Shown here piece after piece: positions 41,654 through 53,700 of a stretch of DNA of 64,000 nucleotides. Position numbers and translations under genes: made by a program. The stretch covers positions 2,592,001 to 2,656,000 of the forward strand of contig OZ253553.1 in assembly GCA_965262715.1 (NCBI GenBank), read 5' to 3'. This DNA is from Bdellovibrionales bacterium. GTDB lineage: Bacteria > Bdellovibrionota > Bdellovibrionia > Bdellovibrionales > JAUICD01. Under the pieces are notes generated by a model that was not told the DNA's origin, searched no databases, and was given only the letters and a program-made list of their open reading frames with translations. Position 1 is the first letter of the stretch. Each line of letters begins with the position of its first letter.

Positions 41654-42346
41654 TTATTCCATTTCAAACAGACCAAATTGATGGTCTAAACATTCCAAAC
41701 GTTTTTGGCTTAAGTTCAGGCATTGAAGTTTATTTTTGGAAAAAAGCATAGAAGCAGGTTTTCGTCCTTTCTTTTTAAAAATTCTTACAATGTCTTTTCC
41801 TTTTTTCTTGTACTCAGCGCAGGACAGGCACTCCCATTTATGTTTTTGGGCATCAAGTAATATCCTATGTAGGGACTTAAAATAAGGATTGGATTCTCTG
41901 ACTTCAATACTTTGTCCATTCATACCCACACGAATAATGGAGGCATGAGGATCTGTATCAAAATCGTTAATACCTGTGGCTTTCTTTACTTTGGCCAAAT
42001 CAATCCCTTTTCCTCTTTTTTTCAAGAGCTTTTGATAGACTTATATCTTCCTTTTTAGGAGTTTAAATCGGTCACTTAAGGGGGTGTGAAAATGACCTAA
42101 ACGGATAGAAGTATTTTCATTGTTTGGGTCTTGAATAGATATTTGAGAAACATTTGTGACTAGTTCCACTGTTTTGTTTCTAAAGATCAGAAATGTTTGA
42201 TCTGTGTTCCTCGTATGAGAAGCCTGAAATTGAAGGATGATAGGTTTGCCTGTCGTTTTAGCAAAAACCTGCTTATGAAAACTTCCCAACAGAAGCACTA
42301 CATAAAAATATCTTATCAAAATTTTTAAAGTCATCTTCCCCTTCAA
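41654..42346 (-). pseudogene. Probable frameshifted secreted hypothetical protein (two fragments)
   Basis: Adjacent ORFs 42041-42346 (signal peptide) and 41654-42025 (weak TTG start) lie 15 bp apart. Confidence 0.45.
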
Positions 42347-42805
42347 TACGTTTGTCTAGACAAAATTCCTTGTCGTTTGACTTTAAATAGGTCGGAAAAA
42401 AATCACTTTGGCTTTAAAAATTTGCCCTACCTCACTTAAATGGCTATCTGCTCAAGCTGTCAATGAAATGACAACAGTTGCTAGTGATGTCTTTTCTTAT
42501 TTTTTTACATTTTGTAACTTTAAATCGCAAGTGCAACACTTTTGGATTAACTCATGAACAAGGGTATGGATTAAATAGATCGCTATCTTTTAATATTGGA
42601 CGTATCAATCATATGCGTATTAATGAACCAGAAGGCAAAAGAATATTTATTAACATTCTTAAAGATTCATCATCAAGAAAGGCTTGTTTATTAGCTTTTT
42701 TCCCATGGTTTTAATATAGCATTAATTTATATCTAAAGGTTGTTGCCATTTCGCAGGAATTATAAAGACTTAAGTGTTTTGATATAGCCGTAAGCGTTTA
42801 ATTTA

Positions 42806-43900
42806 TCACTGAGTTTGGAATATAGACATTAGAGGCTGTTTTAAGTGGTCTAACTCTTCATAAGAACATAAAAGCCCGTAAAGAGCTAAGTTATCAACAG
42901 GCTTTGGGATTACAATCTGTCTAGGGAGTTTAGGTATTGGAATGCGATTAAAACTGTTATACATCAGAGTATTTGGTGTGTAATTATGACGTAATCCAAA
43001 CGCATGTCCAAATTCATGAAGTATATGGGTTTTTAAGAAACCATGGTTATCGAAGATAGTTGTAAGATCAAAAGAGTATTCTTTAACTATTAAAGGCTGA
43101 AGGTCTTCAAAGTATGCAAGAGGCTCAATGTCCTTTACTCTTGCATTTACTTCTGTGAGGATCAAAGATTGAATATCCTCTCTACTGAGGTCAGGATTGA
43201 AAGTAGTACCACTATCTTTTATCCACTGAATCATCATTTCATAAAAATCGTCACTGCTCATACTTGATAGTTTATTAACAGCTAAACTTTGAAGATCTAA
43301 AACATCCATATCTTCAGAAGGACTGATACCTGCTGCTTCTAAAAGACTGGTAAATATCCAGTGAGTGTGTCCTCTGACAGTATTTTGCTCCTCATATATG
43401 ATAATATCAACATCAGTAATAGGTATGTAATAGTCCGGAGAAATCACATGATTTACTTCAATAAATGTTTCTGTTGCTGTTTTAGTTGATCCGTCTGGTG
43501 AAGTGATACTTTCTACGTTATATTGACTGCGCCAGTAAATGACATTTTTAGAATCTTCTTGATTTCTTGCTGCACTGTGATCAATTTCATCACTTATGCG
43601 AATCATCTCAAGTTCAGCTTTTGTATTCCATTCTGAAGCAGATTCTCCAAAGACATATCTATATTGTTCTGGAATGCTATCATTTAAATGAAATTCAATT
43701 GGTAAATCGTCATCCAAAGATAAAGGATGGCTGGTTATGTGTTTTGGTATGGGTATATTAGGATACTGATCCATATATAAGGTCCTGCCATTATACATAA
43801 AATGACATGGAGGCAAAATAAGATTTGGCTGATTGCTTAAAGCGTGTTGAAAATAAAGGGCAAATACTAAAAATACCACTGACCTACAAGCTTTATTCAT
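42806..43900 (-). CDS. Matrixin-like (M10) secreted metalloprotease
   Basis: HEFGHAFGLRH, TLMY; shares LPIEFHLNDSIP and EMIRISDEIDHS with 37076-38122. Confidence 0.8.
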   Translation of the reverse strand: MNKACRSVVFLVFALYFQHALSNQPNLILPPCHFMYNGRTLYMDQYPNIPIPKHITSHPLSLDDDLPIEFHLNDSIPEQYRYVFGESASEWNTKAELEMIRISDEIDHSAARNQEDSKNVIYWRSQYNVESITSPDGSTKTATETFIEVNHVISPDYYIPITDVDIIIYEEQNTVRGHTHWIFTSLLEAAGISPSEDMDVLDLQSLAVNKLSSMSSDDFYEMMIQWIKDSGTTFNPDLSREDIQSLILTEVNARVKDIEPLAYFEDLQPLIVKEYSFDLTTIFDNHGFLKTHILHEFGHAFGLRHNYTPNTLMYNSFNRIPIPKLPRQIVIPKPVDNLALYGLLCSYEELDHLKQPLMSIFQTQ

Positions 43901-44087
43901 GGCAACACCTTAACTGGTTAGAACCCATCCACATTAGAACTTCTATTTTGAGTTTGTAAACCTTTAGCTGAAAGAATACAAGAAGAATATCACATTTAGT
44001 CAATGCCATCACTTGGTTTGCAAAAAAAGACTGTTTAAACCTGCATCCTTTATGTCTAAAGGCATTTTAAATTGTTAAAAGGATAAT

Positions 44088-45557
44088 TTAAATGACAGAC
44101 CCATAATTAGGGGCTTCTTTTGTGATAGAAACATTATGGACATGAGATTCTTTTAAACCGTGTGAAGTGATTTGAACAAATTTAGCCTTCCTTTGTAATT
44201 CTTTAATAGAGTCTGCACCCAAGTAACCCATTCCTGATCTTAATCCTCCAACCATTTGATAAAGAATACCTGTTGTGGGTCCCTTATAAGGCACTCTAGC
44301 TTCTATACCCTCTGGTACAAGCTTATCACTAGAAACATTGGTTTGTTGATAACGTCCTTTAGAACCTTTTTTCATTGCAGCTAAGCTGCCCATACCATGA
44401 TAGACTTTGTATGTTCGACCTTGATAGAAAATAAATTCTCCAGGGCATTCATCTGTTCCTGCTAAAACGCCTCCCAACATAACCGTGTTTGCACCTAGAG
44501 CAAGAGCTTTTGTTATATCACCTGAATACTTAATACCGCCATCAGCTATAATAGCTTTTCCTAGCTTTTTGGCTTTAGCGGCACAACCTAAAATAGCAGA
44601 TACTTGAGGCAGGCCTATGCCAGCAATCACACGAGTTGTGCAAATACTTCCAGCACCTATCCCGACTTTAACAACATCAGCACCCGCTGTGACTAAAGCT
44701 GAAACACCTTCTTCTGTCACTACATTTCCAGCAACAATCACAATGTCTTTTTTCACTTCTTTCACTCTGTTTTTAATCTGCTGCACAAGAGATAAGACAG
44801 CTTTAGAGTGTCCATGTGCTGTATCTACCACTAAAATATCTACACCTGTGTCAATAAGAGCTTCTATTCTTTGTGATGAGTTTTCCTCAATATTCACAGC
44901 AGCAGAGGCAATAAGTCGTCCGTGGCTGTCTTTAGCTGAATCAGGATAAGCTTGAGACTTTTCAATGTCTTTTATTGTAATTAAACCTTTTAAATATCCC
45001 TTATCATCTACAACTGGGAGCTTTTCAATACGATGATTTTGCAACTCTACTTTTGCTTGTTTTAAGTCAGTACCTACTTTTGCAGTGATAAGATTATCTT
45101 TTGTCATAATATTAGAAATAGGCTGATCTAAACACACCTCAAACCTAAGGTCTCTATGAGTGAGTATTCCGACTAATTTCCCTTCTACTATAATAGGCAC
45201 ACCACTAATAGATTGCCTTTCCATTAACAGCATAGCTTCAGAAACAGGTGCGTCAGGAGAGAGAGTTATTGGATCTAAAATCATACCGCTTTCAAATTTT
45301 TTGACTTTTTTCACTTCTGCAGCTTGTTCTTCTACTTTTAGGTTTTTATGTATAACCCCAAACCCACCTGCTTGAGCCATAGCAATAGCCATCTTGTGAT
45401 CAGTCACAGTGTCCATTGCTGCAGAAATAACTGGAATTTTTAAATAAATGTTCTTGGAAAAACAAACTGATGTATCCACCTGGGAAGGAAGCACTTCGGA
45501 ATATTGCGGAACCAGCAAAATATCATCAAAAGTTAAAGCTTGATCAAACTGTTTCAT
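44088..45557 (-). CDS. guaB: IMP dehydrogenase
   Basis: [21 protein letters not shown] pair, [11 protein letters not shown]. Confidence 0.98.
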   Translation of the reverse strand: MKQFDQALTFDDILLVPQYSEVLPSQVDTSVCFSKNIYLKIPVISAAMDTVTDHKMAIAMAQAGGFGVIHKNLKVEEQAAEVKKVKKFESGMILDPITLSPDAPVSEAMLLMERQSISGVPIIVEGKLVGILTHRDLRFEVCLDQPISNIMTKDNLITAKVGTDLKQAKVELQNHRIEKLPVVDDKGYLKGLITIKDIEKSQAYPDSAKDSHGRLIASAAVNIEENSSQRIEALIDTGVDILVVDTAHGHSKAVLSLVQQIKNRVKEVKKDIVIVAGNVVTEEGVSALVTAGADVVKVGIGAGSICTTRVIAGIGLPQVSAILGCAAKAKKLGKAIIADGGIKYSGDITKALALGANTVMLGGVLAGTDECPGEFIFYQGRTYKVYHGMGSLAAMKKGSKGRYQQTNVSSDKLVPEGIEARVPYKGPTTGILYQMVGGLRSGMGYLGADSIKELQRKAKFVQITSHGLKESHVHNVSITKEAPNYGSVI

Positions 45558-45604
45558 AATTTATTGACCATAAACTTATTGATACTGTCAACTGGTTTAT
45601 GTGT

Positions 45605-46126
45605 TTAATTATACCAAGAAGAAATCAAGATATAATTCTTTGCAGATTCTTCTAAATAGTTAAGTTCTTTTTCAGTTAATTTTCGAATCATACGGCCTGG
45701 TCGTCCTAAAATTAAATGCCCAGGTTCAAATTGAGTTCTCGGTGTAATTAATGTTCCTGCCCCTATAATGCAGTTTGTGGGAATCATAGCCTCATCCATG
45801 ACACAAGAGCCCATGCCAATAAGCGTCTTATCACCAATTTGACATCCATGTAAAACCACAGCATGACCGATTGTGACATCATTGCCTACTACAACTCCAT
45901 AAGAAGATGTGCCATGAAATACACAGTTATCTTGAATATTAGATCTCTCACCGACAATAAGAGGTGCTATATCACCTCTTAAAACAGCTCCATGCCAAAC
46001 AGAAGATTGCTTACCAATACTTACGTCTCCAATAATCTGAGCCGTTTCAGCAATAAATGCTGTTTTATGGATCAGAGGTGATTTCCCTCTACATTCAAAA
46101 ATAAAAGGCTTTTGTCTCTCATTCAT
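45605..46126 (-). CDS. Gamma carbonic anhydrase family protein
   Basis: LRGD, SNIQDNCVFH, TIGHAVVLHGC hexapeptide repeats. Confidence 0.9.
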   Translation of the reverse strand: MNERQKPFIFECRGKSPLIHKTAFIAETAQIIGDVSIGKQSSVWHGAVLRGDIAPLIVGERSNIQDNCVFHGTSSYGVVVGNDVTIGHAVVLHGCQIGDKTLIGMGSCVMDEAMIPTNCIIGAGTLITPRTQFEPGHLILGRPGRMIRKLTEKELNYLEESAKNYILISSWYN

Positions 46127-46150
46127 AGTTCATGCTACTATAAGTAAGAA

Positions 46151-46504
46151 ATGTTGGCAAATTTATTACGTGTATGTAATACAGGTCATAATAATTTGCA
46201 ATATGACCTATTTTTTGATATAGTTTATAGGGAGAAGTGGAAAGTAGAGATTTCAAAAAGAATAGCAAAACAGGTGATTAAACTTCCCAAAATAGTTAAA
46301 GAGAATCTCATTAAGCTTATATTAGAGATCGAGATATTGGGTCCTGTTAGAGGTCATTGGAAAAATTATGGCAAATTGGGAAAAAATAAACATCATTGCC
46401 ATATAAAGGTGGGACATCCCACTTACGTTGTTTGTTGGAAGATAAAAAAAGAAAAAATAATTGAGGTTTATTATGTCGGAACCCGTGAAAAAGCACCTTA
46501 TTAA
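46151..46504 (+). CDS. RelE-like type II toxin (start uncertain)
   Basis: WKNYGKL...HHCHIKVGHPTYVVCW...IEVYYVGTREKAPY. Confidence 0.7.
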   Translation: MLANLLRVCNTGHNNLQYDLFFDIVYREKWKVEISKRIAKQVIKLPKIVKENLIKLILEIEILGPVRGHWKNYGKLGKNKHHCHIKVGHPTYVVCWKIKKEKIIEVYYVGTREKAPY

Positions 46505-46850
46505 AGACGGAAGAGTCTCTATTTGGATTGGAGATAAAAATGCAAAATTATATCTTCTCCCTAAAAAAAAGGCAAAAGCTCTTTCTTCTATGTTAGAAGA
46601 ATATGAAAGTAAAGGATCTATACCCTGGAGAGATGTTTTAGGTGATTTTATTAATGAAACAAGTCAACAGGCAGTTGTTTTAAGAGCTTCAAGGCGTGAG
46701 AAAAAGATATCTCAAAAAGAGCTAGCAAAGATATTAAAGGTTGATCAATCATTCATTTCTAAGATTGAAAGTGGTACAAAGAGTATAAGCAAACCTCTTG
46801 CTAAAAAATTGGCAAAAATTTTTAATACAAGTTATAAAATCTTTCTTTAA
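46473..46850 (+). CDS. XRE HTH antitoxin
   Basis: ISQKELAKILKVDQSFISKIESG; overlaps the toxin 3' end. Confidence 0.8.
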   Translation: MSEPVKKHLIKDGRVSIWIGDKNAKLYLLPKKKAKALSSMLEEYESKGSIPWRDVLGDFINETSQQAVVLRASRREKKISQKELAKILKVDQSFISKIESGTKSISKPLAKKLAKIFNTSYKIFL

Positions 46851-47014
46851 TTTTCTAATTTGCAATTATTTGAAATAGTTTAGGTGAGTGCTTATGACAT
46901 ATAATCGATATTTTTTTGTTCTATAAAATTTGATAATGCTAAGAGGTTTTCTTAGTAGATGTGAAATATAAGCTCTAAGTTTTTGTTGGTACAGTTTGCT
47001 TATCTAGGAGTATT

Positions 47015-47986
47015 ATGATAAAGAAGTGCATTATGAAAAAATTATTTATTTTTAATAGTTTGGTTATTTTAAGTTTACACACTCTAACTTTCAGTGCTGA
47101 GATGACTGATCAGGAACTTGATCAATTTGTCTATAGATATTTAAATGATTATAATGAAAAAGAGTCCCATTGTCGTGATGGATATTGCTATTATCTTTCT
47201 TTAGAAGGTATGATTAAGATAGAAGAAAATGCCGCAAAAGCAATTGTCAAATCTTTATTAAGGGAACATGAGGTACTTGAGGACTTGGCAGAGATTAGAA
47301 CAAGCCCTGAACTTTTACCTTATCTAGAAAAGTATAGATCTTTAAAGGTAGAATCAACAGGGAGACCAATACAACCAGATATTAAAATAGTTTTTGCAGG
47401 AGATGGATCACAAGTAGGTGGTTTTTGTGATTTTTCAAGCGGTTTAGTTTTTATTCAGCCTATTATTGGAAGTTGTTTTCAAAATGATGCTTATTCTACT
47501 GAGTTTTTAATTTTTCATGAATTAACGCATTGTGATTTAGGGAGGCATCATAGTGATTATTATGATGATGCCAAAGATGATAATATTGATTCTTCTGGTT
47601 TTTTCTCTTTTATGAATTTAAAGTTACTGGATATCTTAAGCAACAATTCATGTGATGAAAGATTCAGTATAGAAGATGACAGTCAACGGCATTTGCTATC
47701 AAATATTGATAGAAATCATGTTGAAGCAAACTTTGGACAGCTTTATGCAGAACTTTTTACGAAAGATCAATTCTATCATGATGATGGTTTCCATATACGT
47801 TATTACTCTTATTTGTCATACTCCTCCTTCACAGATGATTATAGAAGCGAGGCAGAAAGCTATGCAGAAAGAGATATAGAAGAGGAAAGGGCAATAGAAG
47901 AAGAGAAGGACTTAAGTGAATTCACTAATATTGTTAGGAATGATCTTTTGAGGTATAAGCAGTTATTTCAACAACTTGCTGAATAA
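47015..47986 (+). CDS. Secreted putative metallopeptidase
   Basis: Signal peptide; FHELTHCDLGRHH; SFMN. Confidence 0.65.
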   Translation: MIKKCIMKKLFIFNSLVILSLHTLTFSAEMTDQELDQFVYRYLNDYNEKESHCRDGYCYYLSLEGMIKIEENAAKAIVKSLLREHEVLEDLAEIRTSPELLPYLEKYRSLKVESTGRPIQPDIKIVFAGDGSQVGGFCDFSSGLVFIQPIIGSCFQNDAYSTEFLIFHELTHCDLGRHHSDYYDDAKDDNIDSSGFFSFMNLKLLDILSNNSCDERFSIEDDSQRHLLSNIDRNHVEANFGQLYAELFTKDQFYHDDGFHIRYYSYLSYSSFTDDYRSEAESYAERDIEEERAIEEEKDLSEFTNIVRNDLLRYKQLFQQLAE

Positions 47987-48095
47987 CAAAGGCGGTAATT
48001 TGACTGATGACCTTATAAAAACCCATCTAATCATTTGATTAAAACTTGTAGTTAAATATCATTTAAAAGTAATAAGACTTAATAAAGAAAATAGT

Positions 48096-49409
48096 CTATG
48101 CTATTTTTTCGCCTTTAAAAGTTTGTGGGAAGGCTTGGTGAATTTTGACACGTAAGGTTTGACCAATTAAGCTTTTATCTCCTTTAAAATGTACAATTTT
48201 GTTTTGAGTGGTACGCCCTGACGCTATTTGATTTTTCTCCTCAAAACTTTCAACAAGTACATTCTCAGAAGTATTTTCATAACGTTTCACCAGTTGAAAT
48301 GCTATTTTATTGTGTTTTTCAAAGAGTCTCTGAAGCCTTTCTGACTTTTCCTCTTCTGGAACTTGATTGTCATATTGAGCAGCTTTGGTAAAAGGACGTG
48401 GACTGTATTTAAAAGCAAAAATAGATTCAAAAGGCACATGATCTAATAATGTAAGTGTATCTTGAAATTGAGCGTCTGTTTCTCCAGGAAACCCTACGAT
48501 TAAGTCTGTGGATAGAGCAACTCCAGGCAATTCATCTAAAATCATCTCAATTTTTCTCAGATATTCCTCCCTAGTATAACCACGATTCATTCTTTTAAGA
48601 ACCTCAGAGTTACCTGATTGTACTGGTAGGTGAATGTAATCACAAATGCGAGGTCGATATTTGGCCATAACCTTCACAAGGTCCTTGTCAAAATCTTTTG
48701 GATGACTTGTTGTATAGCGAATGCGTTCAATAGTGGTTTTTTCACAAATCTCTTTTAAAAGATCTGCAAAACCTGTATTTGAATCTGCACAGTAAGAATT
48801 AACATTTTGACCTAGAAGCGTTACCTCTGAGATTCCTCTTTGAATCAAACTGTTAATATCCTCTACTATGTGGGAGATAGGACGGCTTCGGAGTCGTCCT
48901 CTGGTAAAAGGTACGACACAAAAAGTACAGAAATTATCACATCCTTTTGTAATATTGATAAAAGTAGAAACACCTGGATTTTTAATCAATGTTTGAATTT
49001 CATAAGGCTTGCGAGGATAAAGACGAGCGCCGCAAACACGCTCCTTTTGAGATAATATTTCTGGAAGTTCATCAATATTGTCCGGCCCAAAAACAAAATC
49101 TAAAAGAGGAATATCTTTAAGTAGCTTTTTCTTTTCTTGCTGACCAACACATCCTCCCACACCAATACGTAAATTCTTATTTATTTTTTTTAATTGTTTG
49201 TATCTTCCTACTTCACTGTGAACTTTGTGAACAGGTTTCTCTCGAACACTACAAGAGTTGATGATGATCAAGTCAGCCATATTAGGAGATGGTACAGGCA
49301 TGTAATTTTGCATTTCTAAAATAGCATACATGCGATCTGTATCATTGACATTCATCTGACATCCATAGGTGGAAATATAGACGCCCTTATATAAACTTGG
49401 AGAAGTCAT
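48096..49409 (-). CDS. miaB: tRNA-2-methylthio-N6-dimethylallyladenosine synthase
   Basis: TYGCQMN, GCDNFCTFCVVP, TTSHP, TRAM domain. Confidence 0.96.
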   Translation of the reverse strand: MTSPSLYKGVYISTYGCQMNVNDTDRMYAILEMQNYMPVPSPNMADLIIINSCSVREKPVHKVHSEVGRYKQLKKINKNLRIGVGGCVGQQEKKKLLKDIPLLDFVFGPDNIDELPEILSQKERVCGARLYPRKPYEIQTLIKNPGVSTFINITKGCDNFCTFCVVPFTRGRLRSRPISHIVEDINSLIQRGISEVTLLGQNVNSYCADSNTGFADLLKEICEKTTIERIRYTTSHPKDFDKDLVKVMAKYRPRICDYIHLPVQSGNSEVLKRMNRGYTREEYLRKIEMILDELPGVALSTDLIVGFPGETDAQFQDTLTLLDHVPFESIFAFKYSPRPFTKAAQYDNQVPEEEKSERLQRLFEKHNKIAFQLVKRYENTSENVLVESFEEKNQIASGRTTQNKIVHFKGDKSLIGQTLRVKIHQAFPQTFKGEKIA

Positions 49410-49429
49410 AGCTTTAAACCTCTATCTTT

Positions 49430-50518
49430 TTATGTCTCAGACCTTTCATCAGAAAATGGAATATGATCATCTTCCAAATGGGCATCTTTATGACTGTCCT
49501 GATAATCTGATGTATGCTCTGAAGCATGAGCGATTTCTAACTCTTGAAGGGTTATAGTAAAATCTCTTTCTGTACTTAAGTTTTTTCTTATCATGTCTAA
49601 AAACTTGTCAGGGTATCTGTTTGTGATCTCTTGAATAAACTTTTCTAGCTTACTACCTTCTAGAATCTTCTTTTTACGCTGTATGAGATCCCATAATGAA
49701 ATATAGTGATGACGGCAATAAATACCTGTTGTGGCGACTTGATCACACTCTTTATGGTGGCAAAATTGTTTGCCCTCTGCATTTGTTAAAACCACTTGTT
49801 CATTATGGAAAGCAGCTTCAATAGCATCATAAGATGTTTCTTTGTCTTTCTTTTTCTGTGATATAGAGTCAGTTTTTGGCTGAGAAGTTATTAAAGCTTC
49901 TGCTTTTGGAGATACAGTTTGTTCACTCTTCTTAGGTAAGTGGCTTAAATGTTTCTGAGTAGCTTTTTGTGGACTTTTATGTATAACTTTTGATTTGCTT
50001 TCATGAAGTTCTTTCTTTGTCTTTTTTAGTTTGTCTTTAACTTTAGGTGATGCAGTCTTTTTCAGTGGAGCTTTTTTTGGAATTGTTTTTTGAGTTGTTT
50101 TTTGAGTTGTGGCAAGAGTTTTTTTCAATGACTTTGTATCACTTTTGGATACCTTGGTTAAAGTGGATTTCTTAATACTTTTAGGTTTTGCAAGGTTAGC
50201 CTTTTTAGCTTTGACAGTGGTTTTTTTAGATGAGGCTTTTTTAATATTAGATGTTTGTATTTTTTTCGTAGTTTTAACCTTCTTTTTAACAGAAAGAGCT
50301 TGAGAAGTCTTTGACTTATGAGGTTTTGCTACCTGCTTTTTTTTGTGTTTTGATGAAGATGTGACTTTTTTGCTCTTAGCCTTTTTAGATGCTGTGGTTA
50401 CAACTTTGTTTGTTGATTTAGACTGAGCCTTTTTTATCTTTTGTTTTTTTTTGCTAGATTGGGCCATATTAAGTGATCTCCCTAATAAATATACATTATT
50501 ATGGTAACTCATTACCAA
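49430..50518 (-). CDS. Lys/Ser/Thr-rich (histone H1-like) protein with a C-terminal Cys/His domain
   Basis: Long basic low-complexity N-terminus; C-x4-C...YCRHHY C-terminal motif. Confidence 0.65.
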   Translation of the reverse strand: MVMSYHNNVYLLGRSLNMAQSSKKKQKIKKAQSKSTNKVVTTASKKAKSKKVTSSSKHKKKQVAKPHKSKTSQALSVKKKVKTTKKIQTSNIKKASSKKTTVKAKKANLAKPKSIKKSTLTKVSKSDTKSLKKTLATTQKTTQKTIPKKAPLKKTASPKVKDKLKKTKKELHESKSKVIHKSPQKATQKHLSHLPKKSEQTVSPKAEALITSQPKTDSISQKKKDKETSYDAIEAAFHNEQVVLTNAEGKQFCHHKECDQVATTGIYCRHHYISLWDLIQRKKKILEGSKLEKFIQEITNRYPDKFLDMIRKNLSTERDFTITLQELEIAHASEHTSDYQDSHKDAHLEDDHIPFSDERSET

Positions 50519-50706
50519 AAATACAAGAACAAATCAATAAATATCTAAAACTTAAATAACTAACTTTATGCAACTTTTGTAATTTTAAGAGATTTGTTGT
50601 TGTTTATTGATTTATCTAAGTTAAATCTTGATGAATTGCCATCTTTTGAAATCTGGGAAACCGGGAGATCGAAGAACCGGAATACCGTGAAATAAGATGA
50701 TGTTTT

Positions 50707-53700
50707 TTATAACATATCCACTGAAACCATCTTGGAAATACCTTTTTCTTCCATAGTAATGCCATATAACTTTTCACAGACCTCCATCGTGTGTTTATTG
50801 TGGGTCACTAGTATGACTTGTGAATACTTGGACATTTCTCTTACCAAGTCATTAAACCGGGAGACATTTGCATCATCAAGAGGAGCATCTACCTCATCTA
50901 ATATGCAATAAGGGGAAGGTTTCACTAGAAATATAGCAAAAATGAGTGAGACAGCTGTTAAAGCTTTTTCTCCTCCTGAAAGCAGGCTCACATTTTGCAA
51001 TCTTTTACCAGGAGGACGTGCTGTGATGGTGATGCCTATGTCTTCCTTCTCTTTTAAATCTATCAAGCCTAATGAAGCTTCTCCTCCACCAAATAAAGTG
51101 GGAAATACCTTTTGAAATCTCATATTTACAGCTTCAAATGTATCTTTAAATCTCTGGCTGCAAATTTTATTGATTTTATCAATAACCTTACCCAGCTCGT
51201 CCTTTGCTAATATCAGATCTTCTTTTTGTTGTGATAAGAACATATATCTGCTATTGACTTCATCATATTCTTCAATGGCACCGAGATGAACAGTTCCCAT
51301 TTTATTCAATTGAGCGCGTAGAGATTCTAATTTTTCCTTTGTTTCATCCCAATCAATATCATCCCATTTTATGGATTCATTTTGTTGCTCGTCTTTTTGA
51401 TGAATCCCTTTATCTAAAATATCATTATTTTCACCATTTTTATACTTTATTGCTATACTTTGGATATCCACTAAATAACGCTCTTGAATGGTTTCTGTAA
51501 GCGTGTTCATCTTGAGTTCTAATGTGTTTATTGTCAGAGATAAGTCATTTCTCTTAGATTGTATTTGATTAGATTCTTTTCTTAAATTTGATAATTGCTT
51601 GTCTATTTCCTCTATTTCTGATCTTGATATTTCATATTGATTTTGAATTTTAGAAAGGGTTTCTTGCTTGTTTTGCTGTTCTGTTAGAAGCCCTTGTAAG
51701 GTAGCTTGTTCCTTTTTATGTTTTTCTTGATTGTCAGTATAAGTCTGAGTATTTTTTTGCTCTTCTTCTATCAGATGAGTCATTCGATCTGATGTTTCAT
51801 CGAGTTGTTTTTGTATTATCTCTTTTTGATGGCTTTTGCCTTGTGCTTCTTGAGTGCGAGCTACAGAATCAACACGTAATTGATGAACCTCTTGCCTTAA
51901 AGCATCTAGATGCTTCTGGCTCATAGATATATGTTCAGTCAGTTTTTGAATTTCAGAGTCTATATCTTGTTTCTGGTAGTTTGATGTTTCTAGTTCCTTT
52001 GTTAAAGAGTCTATTTGTTCTTTTTGTGATAACTTTTGTGTGAAGAGACGGTCGACTTCTTTATTTTGCTTTTCAAGGAAATCTTTACTATCTGTTAATT
52101 GTTTAGATATTCTTTCTAAGTCCTTTTTTAATTCGACAACCTTTACTTCTTGTTGCAGATGACTTTTTTGAGTCCGTTCAAAATCCTTTTCCAAATCATT
52201 AAGTCGCTTTTCTGTTGTTTTTAGCTGAGCCTCTTCTAATGTTAACTGTTTTTCATAAGTTGTTTTTTGCTCTAAGACTTCTTTCATTTCTCTACGTAGT
52301 TTTAATCGACCAGAATCTAAATCATCAGATGTACCTCCCATCACTATGTGATTTGGAAAAATTGTATCTCCATCCAAAGTTACAAAAGTCCAATCAGGGT
52401 ATTTTTGAGATAAGTCTAATGAAATAGAATTGACAATAGCTACTTTGTATAAAAGTGTATCAACACAGGGCTTATATTTTTCATCTGTTGAGACAAAGTC
52501 TTTTAATAAACCAATGACAGAATCTTCTTTGATCATATCAAAAGAAGGTCTGTCTATTGATGTGTGTAAGAAGCTAGCGCGTCCACATTGATTTTGCTTT
52601 AGAAAATCTAGTGCCCTGAAAATGTCGTCCATAGATTTTGCTAGAACTGTTTGCAGATTTGTTCCTAAAACAGCTTCTAATGCAAGCTCGTATTTAGTAG
52701 GAACATCTATAATATCTGCTACTGGAACAAAAGGTGATTCTTTTGGTTGTTCTAAAGCGTTTGGGTCTTGTATCTGTTGTTGTTTCCATATCAATATCTC
52801 TTTGACTCCCTTCTGAAACCCTTCAAAGTTTCTATATAAGTCTTCTAGTGCATTTAACTTACTTGCTAGTTCATTCTTGCTATTTTTCAATTGATCTGTT
52901 TTTTCTTTTTGCTCTGTAAGAGAACTTAGCAAGTGATCTTTATCTGTTTTAAAACCTTCTATGTCAGATGTTAGGTTTAATTGAAGTTGCCTGGCACCTT
53001 CAAGCTCGCGCTCAACAGAATTTTGAACCTTTGCAAATTCTTTATCTTTAGTTATAAGATTTTCTAAAAGAGATTGAGCTTCATCTTCTTGTATTTGATA
53101 CTCTTCTTGTTTTGTTTGAAGAGATTGAATTTGCACTTCGAGCTGAATATTTTTTTGCTGAAGTTTCATTAATTCTTCTTGTTTTTGCTTAAGACTTTTT
53201 TCATCTTCCTGCAATTGTGATTGATTGTTCTCATATTTGGTATTCAATGTGTGGTAAAGAGATTCTATACGATGAGCTTCTTTTTGAAGGGTTTCATGAG
53301 AGTTACTCAGTTCTTGGAGGTTTTTTTGTAAGACTTCTTTTTTGCTTTGAGTTTCAGATATAAGATCAGAATGTAGGATTTCTTGTTTTTGAGATTGCTC
53401 TATGTGAAACTCTAGCCCTTGAATAAGGGTTTCTTTTTCTCTCACAATCTTTCTTGTATCCTCAATAGATTGTTGTTGTGTTTCTATTTTCTTTTCACAT
53501 TCTAATTGGGAAAGTTTTTTTATTTCTCTTTGCTTTTCAGCTCCTAATATTTGATTTTGAAAGTGCATTTCTTTATCACTTATGTCTTGTGATAAAGATT
53601 GAGTTGATGTGTATTTTTCTTTTAAGTCTAAAAAGTCTTTTGAAGAAATTAATATATCTTGTTTTTCTACTTTTTCCTGAAGTCTCTTATATTGATTGGC

